64,000 nt of DNA from Alphaproteobacteria bacterium (GTDB taxonomy: Bacteria > Pseudomonadota > Alphaproteobacteria > Bin95). Below are positions 33,718-46,758 of this stretch, one piece after another. The DNA lies in assembly GCA_965205265.1 (NCBI GenBank), contig CBDBGH010000001.1, forward strand, positions 64,001 to 128,000, in the 5' to 3' direction. A model generated the notes under the pieces. It was given only the letters and a program-made list of their open reading frames with translations. It had not been told where the DNA came from and made no database searches. The first letter of the stretch is position 1, and the number at the start of each line of letters is the position of its first letter. A program made the position numbers and the translations under genes.

Positions 33718-34989
33718 TCACTGTTCCAGACGGCTGACCGGAGCCAGCCCACCGGCCTTGAGGAGGAAGTTTCGGAACGAGGGGATGGGACAGTGAATGG
33801 TCCTGTCCGGCTTCATGTGCAGGGCACCCTGATGGATGAGATGGTTGAGGAAATCCTCCGCGTCCTTACCTTTGGGCAGCCGCTGGCCGGGACGGTCGGC
33901 GACATTGCCTTCGATGATTCCCTGTATTTCCCCGGGATGCATTCCGTCCTCTGACTCCGCCATCACCCGGGCCACAAGGATACTGGCGTTCATCATTTCC
34001 CGGCTCTGCTGGAGATGGTAATGGTTCCGCCGGCTTTCCGCTGATTCACGCATGGCTTCCAGCCAGTCGATTGTGGCCAGGTCGCCATCGGTCTTCAATA
34101 CACCCCGTCCCATGGCCTGCAGGGCGAAATGCAGGTGCCTTGGCCAGCCCTTGCAGGGCGCGGCCAGGGCCATGAGCCTGCTCTCCTGCCCGGTGGCTCC
34201 GATGCCGAAATGGTCGCAGAAGGAAAGCATGAGGTCCATGACCTCGACATAGCCACCCCGTTCCGGATCCGGTTCCGTGGACAGGGCCCCGATCTCCCTG
34301 ACGGACAGCCTTGTCAGGCCCAGCTCGGCGACCACGTCCGCCGTGTCGCCCAATCCACCGAGAACCAGCGACAGGGGCAGGGTTGAGCGGCCGTTATGGA
34401 GCGTACGCAGGAATACAGCATGAGGCATGCGTCTGTCCTCGGTCAGGTTCTGGGCCTCGTCGATGCAGACGATGACCGGCCCCTGCCATTTCCTCGCCGG
34501 GAATCTCTTCGCCAGGGACAGGACATTCTCCGGGCAGGTATTGTCGCGCACCGTCGATGACAGGGCCGCCTCAGCCTTGACGGCCTGCAGGTCCACGCCC
34601 AGGGCGGACTTCGAGGATATCCCTTTCCACATCTCCGGTGACAGCCCGCCAGCCAGTCCGATGAGTTCGATTACGTCAGGCAATCCATCCATCAGTTCCT
34701 CGCTGGAAAGGGTGACGACCCGCGACTGTTCCGGCAGGTGGGCGCGGGTGCCGACCGAGCGTTCCCTGAGTTCGTCGATGAGGGCGGTCTTGCCGGCGCC
34801 GGGTGCGCCCTGCACGACTGTGGTGGCCTTTCCCACGCCATGGATGTGGGCGCCCGGTCCTTTCCAGCTGGCGCTGGCGTAGCCCTTGATCCGGTTCAGG
34901 ATATCCCCGCGTCCGATGTAGACAGGGGGAGTGTCGCCATCGGTGGTGTTGACGAAGTCCTGCAGGGCCTCTCTCCTGAATTCCGTCAT
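33718..34989 (-). CDS. AAA+ ATPase paralog 4
   Basis: PPVYIGR, GAPGAGKT, CIDEAQ, GWPRHL, LIHQGAL...CPIPSF. Confidence 0.85.
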   Translation of the reverse strand: MTEFRREALQDFVNTTDGDTPPVYIGRGDILNRIKGYASASWKGPGAHIHGVGKATTVVQGAPGAGKTALIDELRERSVGTRAHLPEQSRVVTLSSEELMDGLPDVIELIGLAGGLSPEMWKGISSKSALGVDLQAVKAEAALSSTVRDNTCPENVLSLAKRFPARKWQGPVIVCIDEAQNLTEDRRMPHAVFLRTLHNGRSTLPLSLVLGGLGDTADVVAELGLTRLSVREIGALSTEPDPERGGYVEVMDLMLSFCDHFGIGATGQESRLMALAAPCKGWPRHLHFALQAMGRGVLKTDGDLATIDWLEAMRESAESRRNHYHLQQSREMMNASILVARVMAESEDGMHPGEIQGIIEGNVADRPGQRLPKGKDAEDFLNHLIHQGALHMKPDRTIHCPIPSFRNFLLKAGGLAPVSRLEQ

Positions 34990-35000
34990 GGGAATGTCCT

Positions 35001-35767
35001 TCCGGGATGATCAGGCGTTTCCATCCTATTGCGGAAAACGGTCATTGTCCAAGGGATACGGAAAGGTGCGGCGACACCGCTCCATGAACCGCCGTCTGGC
35101 CGCACCGCCCGGCCACCCTCGCGGTGGTTGATTCGTGTCCGGCTTCCGGATACCGGATCAGAAAGGGTTCTCCAGCGCCACCCCTGTGGGCGCGAAATCC
35201 CTGGTGTTCCGCGTGATCACCGTGGCGCCATGGCGCAGCGCCTTCGCCGCGGTCATGGGATCCGCGCCGGTGTGGCCGGTCTCCGCGCTGAGGCGTCCCC
35301 GGATGCGCGCGTCCTCCGCCCCGAAGTCCAGGATCCGGTCGGCGAACACCAGCAGGTCGCGGGCGAAGTCCGGATTCCGGCGCCTCTGCCGCTGGATGCC
35401 GCGCTCGACCCCGCCCACGGTGACGGCGCTGATGTAGAGGCTGTCCTCCGGCCTGCCGCGCGGGAACGCCGCGACCTGCGGTGCCCGTTCCGGCCTCCGC
35501 GCGGCCGGGGAGCACATCGGTGTCGGCCACATACACCCGGAACTCCACATCGCGGGGCGTGACCTGCGCCCGCTCCACCCCAGGGGCCGGGAATGCCGGC
35601 AGGTGCCCGGCGAAGCTCTCCCTGCGCTCCACCGCGCCGCCGATGAGATGTCGGTCATCGGTGGCGCCGGGAACCACCACCGCCGGCCTGCCGCGGCGGC
35701 TCACCTCCTGCGGCCTGCCGGCCAGCGCCGCCTCCACCACGGCGGAGAATCTGTTCTTCGCGTCCTG
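35001..35767 (-). repeat. Direct repeat A (about 770 bp) containing a degenerate Phd-VapC pair, antitoxin 5'-truncated
   Basis: Near-identical to 39762-40546; PIN-like LYISAVTVG..ERG, ITRNTRDF. Confidence 0.9.
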
Positions 35768-37174
35768 GGGTCAATTAAGGCTCAGTGCCAAATCCTGCGT
35801 CAAGCCCTCTGGGTCCCTTGCAATGTGCGATAGACGGTTGCCCTCATTACCCATATAGGTCGTTGCCAATGGCACCGGTGTCGAAACGGTCCCCAAGGAC
35901 GAAGTCGAAGTCGAAATCCTCCGCAGTGATCTGCGACGCCCGTATCCCGACCAAGGTGACGGATCCGCTGTCCCAGGTGATCACGGTGTTCTCGCCCGAC
36001 TGACTGATCGTGAGATCCTCAAGCTTCGTCCTGAGCGCCTCCCCAACAATGGACGCCGGGACTGACTTGAACGCCAGAATGTCCGTCCCGTCCTCGAAAT
36101 CCTCGATCGTCGCATGGCCGCCGTAATCTCTCCAGGATTTTCTCGCGAGCAGGAAAATATCGTTGCCGTCGCCACCATGGAGCGTATCGTGGGCTGGGCC
36201 AACAGCGAGAATTTCGTTGCCCTCTTCGTCATAGTGCGTAAAATAGTCTGGGCCAACAGCGAGAATGTCGTTGCCCTCACCGCCATAGAGCGTGTCGTCG
36301 CCAAATCCGCCGATGAGCAGGTCGTTACCTGCACCTCCGTAAAGGGTGTCGTTGCCCCAGCTGCCCCAGAGCCCGTCCATGCCGTCGCCGCCTCTGAGCG
36401 TGTCGTTGCCGTCGCCGCCGTCGAGGTGATCATTGCCGTTGCCACCCTCCAACGTGTCGTCGCCGTCGCCACTATGGAGTTCGTCGTTGCCGTCGCCGCC
36501 GTACAGCCTGTCGTCGCCCTTGCCGCCATTCAGGTCGTCGTCGCCGCCACCGCCGTAGAGGGTGTCGTCGCCGTATTCGCCGGCCAGCCAGTCGTTGCGC
36601 TTGCCGCCGTACATCTTGTCGTTGCCGTCGCTGCCAAGGATGACGGCGTCGAAGTTGCTCCAGCCGCCGCCGATGCCTCCGTCAGTGTCGTAGTCGACAT
36701 GCCGGGTGAAGCCCCTGGGCAGCGCGAAGTCGCCCCCATCGAGGGTGTCCGCCGACACACCTGTCAGCCTGATGGTGTCGCCATCGCCGTAGCGAACAAG
36801 GGCATCGGCGCCATCCTGCTCGATGACCAGCCCCGCGAACCCGCCCGCCTCGCCATCGATGCGGATCGTGTCGCCGTCCTCGAAGTCGGCAATGGTGTCG
36901 TGGCCGTCCCCTGCCTTGAACACGAAGGTGTCGTCGCCCAGGCCGCCCCTCAGCCAGTCGTCACCCTCCCCGCCGTTAAGAGTGTCGTTGCCCTTGCCGC
37001 CCCTGAGCGTGTCGGCGCCCCTGCCGCCGTTAAGAATATCGTCACCTTTGCGGCCTATCAGGGTGTCGTCGCCGTCTCCGCCGTCGAGGGTATCGGCGCC
37101 ATTTTCGCCCTTCCGCGTCACTCCGGCGGTCTTCCGCTGGGCCGGGTCGGACCCTTCACCTCGTATGTTCAAAG

Positions 37175-38428
<1,254 letters not shown>

Positions 38429-39761
38429 CGCCGGGACGGACCGCGTCCGTCCGGCACCGGAACGAATCACCCGCGGGCCGGCCGGGGTCTCCCCGGCGGG
38501 CGTTTCCGGCGTGCCCGGACGGCACCCCCTGTGGGGAACGCTGTGGAAAGGTCCGGGACAGCCGCACACGGAACCCGGAAAAAACGGAAAAAAAGCCGGA
38601 TCCGGGCTTGATTTCCAACATGGATGCTTCCTCGCCTTCCGTCCGCGTCACCTGCTCCAGGACGGGGCCTTCCCCGTCGCCGTCACCCTCGCCGTTCGGG
38701 GCGTCGTCGTCATCGCCTTCCGTCTGCGTCACCTTCGCCAGGATAGGGCCGTCGCTCTCGGCGGGAGGAAACTCGAAGCGGTTCCTTCCAAGCGTCTCCG
38801 CCGACACGCCCGACAGCCTGATGGTGTCGCCGTCGCCGTAGCGGATGACGGTATCGGCGCCGTCCCGCTCGATGACCAGCGCCTCGAAGCCCCCGGATAC
38901 GCCGGTGATCCTGATGGTGTCGCCGTCCCCGAAGTCGGAGATCCTGTCGTGGCCGTCCCCGACCGCGAACGCGAAGGTGTCGGCGCCGATGCCGCCCGAC
39001 ATCCAGTCATCGCCCCGGCCGCCCCTCAGTGTGTCGTCGCCGCGCCCGCCCCACAGCGTGTCGACGCCCTCGCCGCCGTCGAGCGTGTCGTTGCCGTCGC
39101 CGCCGTAGAGGGTGTCGTCGCCCGCGTCGCCGTGCACGGTGTCATCGCCGGACCAGCCGTCGAGCGTGTCGCCGCCCGCGCCGCCATGGAGGGTGTCGTT
39201 GCCGTCGCCGCCCGTAAGCGTGTCCGCCGCCGCGCCGCCGCGCAGGGTGATGCCTTCAGCTGTCATCATTCATCCTCCCGTTGGTGAAAGCTGGTGAAAC
39301 CGGTCAGGCCGCCGCCCGAGGCCGGTCCAGCGCAGGACGGCCGCGGCGGTCTGGAATGTCGCGAAAGGGAAAAGGGGCGGGGAGGCGTCCGGACCCGGAC
39401 GCCCGGCGTCAGGCGGCGGAGGCGCGGATGCTCCCCCGGCTGCCCCTGACTTTTAGGGGGGGGGGAACTCCACTCTTCCTGCCATGCCGACACTCCCATG
39501 GTGCGTGGGCCGGTGCCCGTTCCGCCGCGCCACAATGGCACATGCCGGGGCTGGATGCAAGCCCACCGATGTGACCCCATGTCGCATATGGTGGTGAAAG
39601 GCTGAACAGCCGTCAGGGGCAATCCGGCACCTCGCCGTCCCCCTCCGGCGCGCGCGGCGCCACGGAGGTCGTCGGATCCGTCGCTGTCCATCGGCGGGCC
39701 ACCCCGGCGCCTCCGCCTCTCGATGGCGTGCCGCAGCTGATGGGCGAACGGTTGTTGGCCG

Positions 39762-40561
39762 TCCGGGATGATAGGGCGTTTCCATCCTATTGCGGAGAAC
39801 CGTCATTGTCCAAGGGATACGGAAAGGTGCGGCGACACCGCTCCATGAACCGCCGTCTGGCCGCACCGCTGATGCGTAGGTCTCCATCCGGCCACCCTCG
39901 CGGTGGTTGATTCGTGTCCGGCTTCCGGATACCGGATCAGAAAGTGTTCTCCAGCGCCACCCCTGTGGGCGCGGGATCCCCGGTGTTCCGCGTGATCACC
40001 GTGGCGCCATGGCGCAGCGCCGTCGCCGCGGTCATGGGATCCGCGCCGGTGTGGCCGGTCTCCGCGCTGAGGCGTCCCCGGATGCGCGCGTCCTCCGCCC
40101 CGAAGTCCAGGATCCGGTCGGCGAACACCAGCAGGTCGCGGGCGAAGTCCGGATTCCGGCGCCTCTGCCGCTGGATGCCGCGCTCGACCCCGCCCACGGT
40201 GACGGCGCTGATGTAGAGGCTGTCCTCCGGCCTGCCGCGCAGGAACGCCGCGACCTGCGGCGCCCTTTCCGGCCTCCGGGCGGCCGGGGAGCACATCGGT
40301 GTCGGTCACCTACACCCGGAACTCCACATCGCGGGGCGTGACCTGCGCCCGCTCCACCCCAGGGGTCGGGAATGCCGGCAGATGCCCGGCGAAGCTCTCC
40401 CGGCGCTCCACCGCGCCATCGATGAGATGTCGGTCATCGGCGGCGCCGGGAACCACCACCGCCGGCCCGCCGCGGCGGCTCACCTCCTGCGGCCCGCCGG
40501 ACCACGCCGCCTCCACCACGGCGGAGAATCTGTTCTTCGCGTCCTGCAGGGTCCAGGTCAT
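39762..40561 (-). repeat. Direct repeat B: Phd antitoxin (40310-40561) plus degenerate VapC (39937-40316)
   Basis: MTWTLQDAKNRFSAVVEAA...VSRRG.PAVVV; toxin has an early stop and frameshift. Confidence 0.9.
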
Positions 40562-40733
40562 GTTCACCTCCGAAATCCATCTGGCCATATGACTGGCCAG
40601 ACAGGCGACTGCAACCACATCCGGTCATGAGGATGGCGCGGGCGGCGTGGGAGAGCCGCTTCGGGGCTGCGATCACCTCTCCCTTCCGTATGGATGCTTG
40701 ACGGAAGGTCCGCCACCCCACTATCGGTGCAGG

Positions 40734-42004
40734 ATGGAGAGCGACCAGCGCAATGAAGCCAATTTCGCCAGCGGCACCGTCTGGACCGGGGACAACCTTC
40801 CGGTGCTGCGGGGTCTCAACTCCGCATGCGTTGACCTGATCTACCTTGACCCGCCGTTCAACTCGAACCGGCACTGCGAGGCCCCGATAGGGTCGAAGGC
40901 GGCCGGGGCGAGCTTCAAGGACGCATGGACACTGGACGACGTTGACGTGCACGAGCACGGCGATCTGGCGGACCGGAACCCGCTGGCCTATTCGGTCATC
41001 GAGTCCGCGAGGCAGGCGCATGGCAAGGGCATGCAGTCCTACCTGATCTTCATGGCCGTCCGGCTCATGGAGATGCGCCGCGTGCTTTAAGGACACCGGC
41101 TCGGTCTACCTCCACTGCGACGACACCGCCGGGCATTGGCTCCGGGTCTTGATGGACGGAATCTTCGGGCGGGCCGCCTTCCGCAATGAGATCGTGTGGA
41201 AGCGGATCGGCAACCACAACGACGCTGGCCGGTTCGGGCGCACCGGTGACCGTCTCCTGTTCTACGGTTCGGACATTCAGCGGGAAGGGGTGCGGATTCC
41301 GCTTTCCGGCAGCAACCTGCGCTCGAAGTACCGGTACCGCGACGGACGCGGACGGTACAGGAAGGGAGACCTGACAGGGGCAGGGACCAGTGACGGAGAG
41401 GCGGGAGCCGTGGCGTGGCTGGAATCCCTCTGACATCGGGCGGCACTGAAGCGTTCCCCGGCCCGGCGACTACGCGGCCTGGATCGAGACCGGCCCCATT
41501 CCCGGCTATCGGGCCGAGAAAGGCGTCCTGGCGCGGCTCGACATGCTGCATGACGCGGACCTGATCGCCTTCACGGCGAACGGCACGCCGGAACTGAAGC
41601 GCTACCTCGCCGCCAGTCCGGGTCAGGTGCCGCCCGATGTATGGACGGACATTCCCCCGGTGAACTCCCAGGCGAAGGAGCGGACGGGCTACCCGACACA
41701 GAAGCCGCTCGCGCTGCCTGACCGGATCATCCGGGCGTCCAGCGGTCCGGGTGACATGGTTCTCGACCCGTTCTGCGGCTGCGCCACCGCGCTTGTCGCC
41801 GCCGACAGGCTGCAGAGGCGTTGGGCCGGAATTGACCTTTCGGCGCTGGCGGTGAGTCTGGTGAACGAACGCATCGAGAGCGACAGGGCATCCGGCAGGC
41901 CGGGCCATCACATCGGCGGCAATCTCCGGGGCGGCGCCACGGCGCTGGAGATTCCGCCTGTGCGCACGGACCTTGGTGAGCTGGCCAGCTCTACCGTGTC
42001 ATGA
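40734..42004 (+). pseudogene. N4/N6 DNA methyltransferase (beta class), frameshifts and TGA, 3'-truncated by the adjacent IS
   Basis: GDNL..LRG, LIYLDPPFNS, GYPTQKPLAL, VLDPFCGCAT. Confidence 0.85.
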
Positions 42005-43854
42005 TAACTCTGCATGGCGACGTGCCATTCCGCTCCGCGCAGCGCATGCCTCCGGCCGGCCTCGAAGCCGATCCCGTGATCCAGCGCGGCGCTGGTCAGC
42101 CGCGTCTGGCCGTGCCACATGATCCGGTTTCCCGGCTCCGCGTCGGTGAACATCAGCTGCGGGCCGCGGTCGGGGACCTGGCGCCCGAGCAGGGTCATGG
42201 CCATGATCCGCAGGCGATGACCGCGTTGATGGCGACCGCCCGCCGCAGCCGTCCGGCGGTGCGGACCGGGATCACCCGCGTCCTTCCGCCGACCTCGCGG
42301 ACGGCGTCGGCGATGTCGTCGAAGCCCTCCAGCCAGCGCTCCGTCTTCCGACGCTCCTCCGCCTCCTCCGGCGTCCGGTCCGTCCCGTCCTTCGGGGACG
42401 CCTTCGCCGGGTCGAAGCCCAGCCGGGGCAGGCCGATGTCCGTCACCGCCAGCGTCGCGTGCATGTGCAGGCCCAGCGTCGAGGACGTGGCCCGGTTCCC
42501 GCCGATGGGCTCCAGGCCGTCGCAGCCGGGGCGGCGCGGGAGGTTCAGGTCCGTCCCGTCCTGGATGGCCAGGACCGTCCGCTGGCCCCGGATCCTCTGG
42601 ACGGTCCGCCCGCGGTGCGTCGCCAGGATGTTCGGCGCCGTCACCTCCGACCCGTCCGGCGACCCGGTCATGCGGTGGAAGCCGGCGACGTCGCTGTCCC
42701 CGCTGTCGCTGGAGGCGTTGATCCTCTGTCCGGGACACCCCGCCAGGAGGCCGGCGCTCCTGACCAGCCGTGCCGGGAGCCGTCCGTCGCCCAGGGGTGC
42801 CCCTCCGGACCCGTTCTCCGCCCGGACCGCCGCGTCCAGGCCCTCGCCGGGCCCAAGCGACGGCGCATGGTCCACATGCGGGACCCCCAGCCTGCGGCGC
42901 CAGGACCGCTCCAGACCGCGCATGAACACCGTCCTCACGGTCCTCTCCCGCCGGTGCTCCCGGTCCTGCCGGCCAAGCCCGGCCGTGGCGCCGAGGCACA
43001 GGAAGCCCGCCGCCCGCAGGCGGATCCCCTCATACCCCCCGTCGGCGAAGCTCCCAGCCAGCCAGGGACGGAATCCGTGGCGTTCCGCGAAGTCGTCCGG
43101 CAGGCGGCGCAGGATGCGGCTGGCAAGGTGCGGGCAGCGCACCGGGGGCCGGACCAGAAAGCGGCTCAGGCAGACGACGCGGGCGGGGTGCGCCCGCCGC
43201 CCCGCGTCGTCCCACGCGATCCAGCGGTCCCGCGCCGCGACCCGCAGCGCGGCGGCCGGGAACCCCGCCGCGCCGAGCCAGCCGTGGTCCGAGCCGACCA
43301 GATGGCGCACCTGGCGGCCCGCGAAGACCGCCATCCCGTGCGGGTGCTCCCGCGCCATCAGCGTGTTCCACCTCCGGGACCCCTGCGCCGGGCAGGCGCG
43401 GCCCGCCCGTCACCGCCGGCGCCTTCGGCGGCGGTAGCGCGATGCCCGGCTCGCGTTCGGCCAGGGCGGCCGTGCGCCTTCAGGCAGCCGGACAGCTGCG
43501 GGCGGCCGCGTGCGTCGACGAACGGGAACTCACCGCAGACGCGCCGGCCCAGCGCGCTCCGGGTGTCGAACCGCTCCCGCGACAGGATCTCCGTGACCCG
43601 CGCGACCGCCGCCGCGTCCCGCAGCGTGCGGCTGATCTGTGACTGTGCCATGCCGCATTCCTGGCCTGCGGAATTCACGTTGTTCAGAACTTTTTTTGTA
43701 GACATGGTAGGGCGGGTCTGCGTCCTCACCGCCCGCACCCGCGACGCGCGGGAGAAGGCGTCACGTCCCAGGCCGGGCGTCTGCGAGGTCCCGCTCTCTG
43801 TGGTCCGCAGGCCGGCGGCGATGTGGCCGGGAGAGAAATGCCGGTCGGGCACGT
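41990..43854 (-). mobile_element. Decayed IS4-like element with a DUF4338-domain plus IS4 DNA-binding transposase
   Basis: ARDRWIAWD, CLSRFLVRP..CPHLAS, LGDGRL.ARLV, VLAIQDGTDLN, GLHMHATLAV, KTERWLEG; many frameshifts and deletions. Confidence 0.7.
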
Positions 43855-43908
43855 AATCGGAAAGGGATTATGTAGGAAAGTGCCGAAATAGTTGTTGACG
43901 CGCCCGGC

Positions 43909-44082
43909 TCACCGATCCCGCCGATGCCGGGCAACGCGGACAACCTCGACCGGCTTTGCCAAGGCGCTCACCGCTTCCTCAAACGTCGCGTCAACCCGCG
44001 TGTCCGCTTCCAGTTCCTCTTTGGAGGGCTGGTAGCTGTCTCGCGCAATCTCAACCCGCACGGGCTTGGGCCTGTTGGTCAT
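43909..44082 (-). CDS. 57-aa hypothetical passenger protein
   Basis: MTNRPKPVRVEIARDSYQPSKEELEAD...; ATGA overlap with the REase stop; stop abuts the IR; too short for the ORF track. Confidence 0.6.
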   Translation of the reverse strand: MTNRPKPVRVEIARDSYQPSKEELEADTRVDATFEEAVSALAKPVEVVRVARHRRDR

Positions 44083-44906
44083 GGGGTAGCTCCGATCCGT
44101 TCCAGTTTCGCTCGCAGGGTGTCTTCAAACTCCTTGCGTTTCACGGTCTCCGCCGACAGCAGTCTGACGCTGGAGTCTTCTAACGACAACACCTCCCAAT
44201 GGTGCGGCTCCAGTGTGAAGTTGTCTGTCATGCGCGGGATCAGCCACGCAATGTCGCCGTCGTCCAGGTCGTGAGACGGCGCAGCGCTCGGTCCACCTAT
44301 TGCGGCGAAGAACGGCCAGTCAACGGACACCGCCAGCTTTGTGCCCCATCGTCTCAACGTCGGGGCCTTGATCTGGAGTTGAGGCATGAGCCGTTTCGCG
44401 CTGGACGACCGCCAGTCCGGTCTTCGTCTGCCTTGAGGTGCGGGAGGTTGCGCGTCGTTGTTGGTCAGCAAGGCCTCGAACTCGGGCACCATTCCGGCAC
44501 CCTGAAAGTAGACGGCCTGAATCTCCAACCCGAACCACGTTGCCGCCGTGTCCTCTCCCGCAACGACAAGATCAATGCGGCCGGCCGGTCGCCCGGTCGC
44601 GGGTGAGCGCATGAACGGAACCTCGCGGGCGAGAAAGACCTCCTGAAAGCCCACGATCCGCGCCAACCAGTTTGGAACGAGATTGCCTTCCTCGAAGCGG
44701 CTTGGGCAGGTAACGACAGGCCGACCTTCCGGTTCCTGTATCGAACACACGCCGCCTCTCTTGCCGCACGGCGGGTTGCCCCGCTGAAAGGGACACGGGG
44801 GCGGATCAACGCGTTGTAGAGCCGCCTCCGCCAATGCTTGTCGGCGGGCGGGCGGCATGGCCGAGAATGGCTCTCCGAACCATTCGGCAATCCCGTAGCC
44901 GCTCAC
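44079..44906 (-). CDS. NotI-like restriction endonuclease
   Basis: AEWFG, Cys pattern CPF..C...GVCS...CPSRF, LEIQAVY, RPDWRSSSAKRLMPQL. Confidence 0.75.
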   Translation of the reverse strand: MSGYGIAEWFGEPFSAMPPARRQALAEAALQRVDPPPCPFQRGNPPCGKRGGVCSIQEPEGRPVVTCPSRFEEGNLVPNWLARIVGFQEVFLAREVPFMRSPATGRPAGRIDLVVAGEDTAATWFGLEIQAVYFQGAGMVPEFEALLTNNDAQPPAPQGRRRPDWRSSSAKRLMPQLQIKAPTLRRWGTKLAVSVDWPFFAAIGGPSAAPSHDLDDGDIAWLIPRMTDNFTLEPHHWEVLSLEDSSVRLLSAETVKRKEFEDTLRAKLERIGATP

Positions 44907-45775
44907 GAGAACAACGGCTCCGACGTGATGACCAGCTCGTCAATCTGATTGTGATGTGTGTTCTTCATGGACAATGCCACCGCGTCGAAATCGTGGTGAC
45001 GGACAAGATCAACGATCTCCGGGGCCGGATCGTAGGTCATCAGGAAGTTGGAGTCGCATTCGGCCAGCAGGGAGAACAATGCCGCATGGTCAATGTCGGA
45101 GTGAACATACAGCCGTGACCCTGCCCGCTTGCCGCTCGCCGCCGTATAGGGCGGATCGAGGAACACTGCCGCCTTGCGACCCCACCCATACAGCAAGGCT
45201 GGCAGTATCTTCATGCCATCGCCTTCCAGAAAGGTGATTCGGTCTACGTATCGCGTGATCGCCGCAAGGCGGTCTGCCAGCGTGTCAGGATACCAGCGGG
45301 ACAGAATGCCCTTGCCGTTCTCTCCGTGACGGGTGAGGGAAGCGCCAGGGGCCAGGATGCCGCCGCGCCTGGTACGGTTCAGCACAAGTGTGCGGAAGCC
45401 ATGCTCCTGCACCGTAGACGGCGGCTTGCTCGCGATCGCGTTCACGCTTTCGCGCGTCGGCTCGAACTGCCTCACCCACTCCTGCAGTGTTGCACCGCTC
45501 TCCAGGGCAGAGCGCCAGAACGCTGCTACATCACGATCAATCTCCACCATCACCGCCTCTGGCACCAGATCCTCCATGACGGCAGTGAGGGACACGACTG
45601 CACCACCGGCAAACGGCTCAACAAGGATTTCCGGCTCTGTAGCAGTCAACCATTCCCGGATGTGTGGAATCAGCCACGTCTTCCCTCCCGGATAGCGCAA
45701 GGGACTGCGTTGCGGCACCTGCGCCACATTGACGACCGGGACGCGGGACGCGGGGAACGCGACAGCGGCGCTCAC
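44903..45775 (-). CDS. D12/Dam-class amino DNA methyltransferase
   Basis: SPLRYPGGKT, VEPFAGG, FLDPPY, MTYD. Confidence 0.9.
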   Translation of the reverse strand: MSAAVAFPASRVPVVNVAQVPQRSPLRYPGGKTWLIPHIREWLTATEPEILVEPFAGGAVVSLTAVMEDLVPEAVMVEIDRDVAAFWRSALESGATLQEWVRQFEPTRESVNAIASKPPSTVQEHGFRTLVLNRTRRGGILAPGASLTRHGENGKGILSRWYPDTLADRLAAITRYVDRITFLEGDGMKILPALLYGWGRKAAVFLDPPYTAASGKRAGSRLYVHSDIDHAALFSLLAECDSNFLMTYDPAPEIVDLVRHHDFDAVALSMKNTHHNQIDELVITSEPLFS

Positions 45776-46758
45776 GACCGCGCTCCGGACTCAAGGCCGT
45801 TGTCGGCGATGAGGTCGTGGTACTTGAGCCGCTTTCCTGCCATGGCCCGGGCGGTCCCGGCCATCTGGTCAAGCGTGTCTTCGTCACGGATGTTGTGGCG
45901 AGTGGCAAACTCGCTCACGTAGCGGTCGAGGTGCCTGGCACTGATCTTGTGGAAGGTTCCCTTGTGCGCCCGCTTGAGCATCGACCACAGAGATTCGATT
46001 CCGTTGGTATGCGCCTGTCCCCGGACAAACTCGGAGACCGAGTGCCTGACGGCCTCGTGGCCGTAGTCTCGGGCCAGTCCGTTGTAGGCCCCTGCCTCAT
46101 CTGTGTAGACCATTGCGCCTTCCTCCGTGTTCTCACGGACGAAGCCTTGCAGGGTCTCTGCGGTGGTGTCATCAACTACCTTGGCACGAACGCGCTTCGT
46201 TCCACGGTCCTTCAACCCGGCAACCACAGACTTGCCAACAGAACCGCGTCCGGTGTCCGCCAGTTCCTTCCTCCTGACGTTGCTCATGTTGCGACGCCTG
46301 CCACCGAAGAACGTCTCGTCGGCCTCTACGGGACCGGAGAACTCGGTGCCGTCCTGTGCGAGTGCCGTGCGGAGACGATGGGCGAGGAACCATGCGCTAC
46401 GCGGGTTGATGTCGAGATCCCGATGGAGCTTCATGCTCGACACCGACCTGAGGCTTGTCGTCATGAGAGAGGTGGCGATCATCCACGTCTGGAGGCCCAG
46501 CTTCGAGCCTTCCATGACCGTGCCTGTCTTGGCGGAGAACCGCTTGTCGCAAGCCTTCTCCCGGCAACGGTAGGGCATGGTCTTGTGCTTACAGTCCGTC
46601 TTCACATTCAGCGAACCACAAACCGGGCAATCGATCCCATTCGGCCACCGCTTCCCGATGAACCATGCCTCGGCAGTCGCGTCGTCCGGAAACAGGCGGA
46701 ACAGTGCCTTGAGTGACAGTCCCTTGCGGAATGACTTGCCGGGTGCCTTCTTGGTCAT
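45772..46758 (-). CDS. IS1595 DDE transposase with a zinc ribbon
   Basis: RWP...CPVCGS, YRC..C.KRFS, VEADET, YTDE, HTNGIES.WSMLKR. Confidence 0.95.
   Translation of the reverse strand: MTKKAPGKSFRKGLSLKALFRLFPDDATAEAWFIGKRWPNGIDCPVCGSLNVKTDCKHKTMPYRCREKACDKRFSAKTGTVMEGSKLGLQTWMIATSLMTTSLRSVSSMKLHRDLDINPRSAWFLAHRLRTALAQDGTEFSGPVEADETFFGGRRRNMSNVRRKELADTGRGSVGKSVVAGLKDRGTKRVRAKVVDDTTAETLQGFVRENTEEGAMVYTDEAGAYNGLARDYGHEAVRHSVSEFVRGQAHTNGIESLWSMLKRAHKGTFHKISARHLDRYVSEFATRHNIRDEDTLDQMAGTARAMAGKRLKYHDLIADNGLESGARS

Noticed and set aside
42900-43650. DUF4338 as a Druantia (DruA) defence system
   Set aside because: The domain is fused to an IS4-like transposase and no other Druantia genes are present
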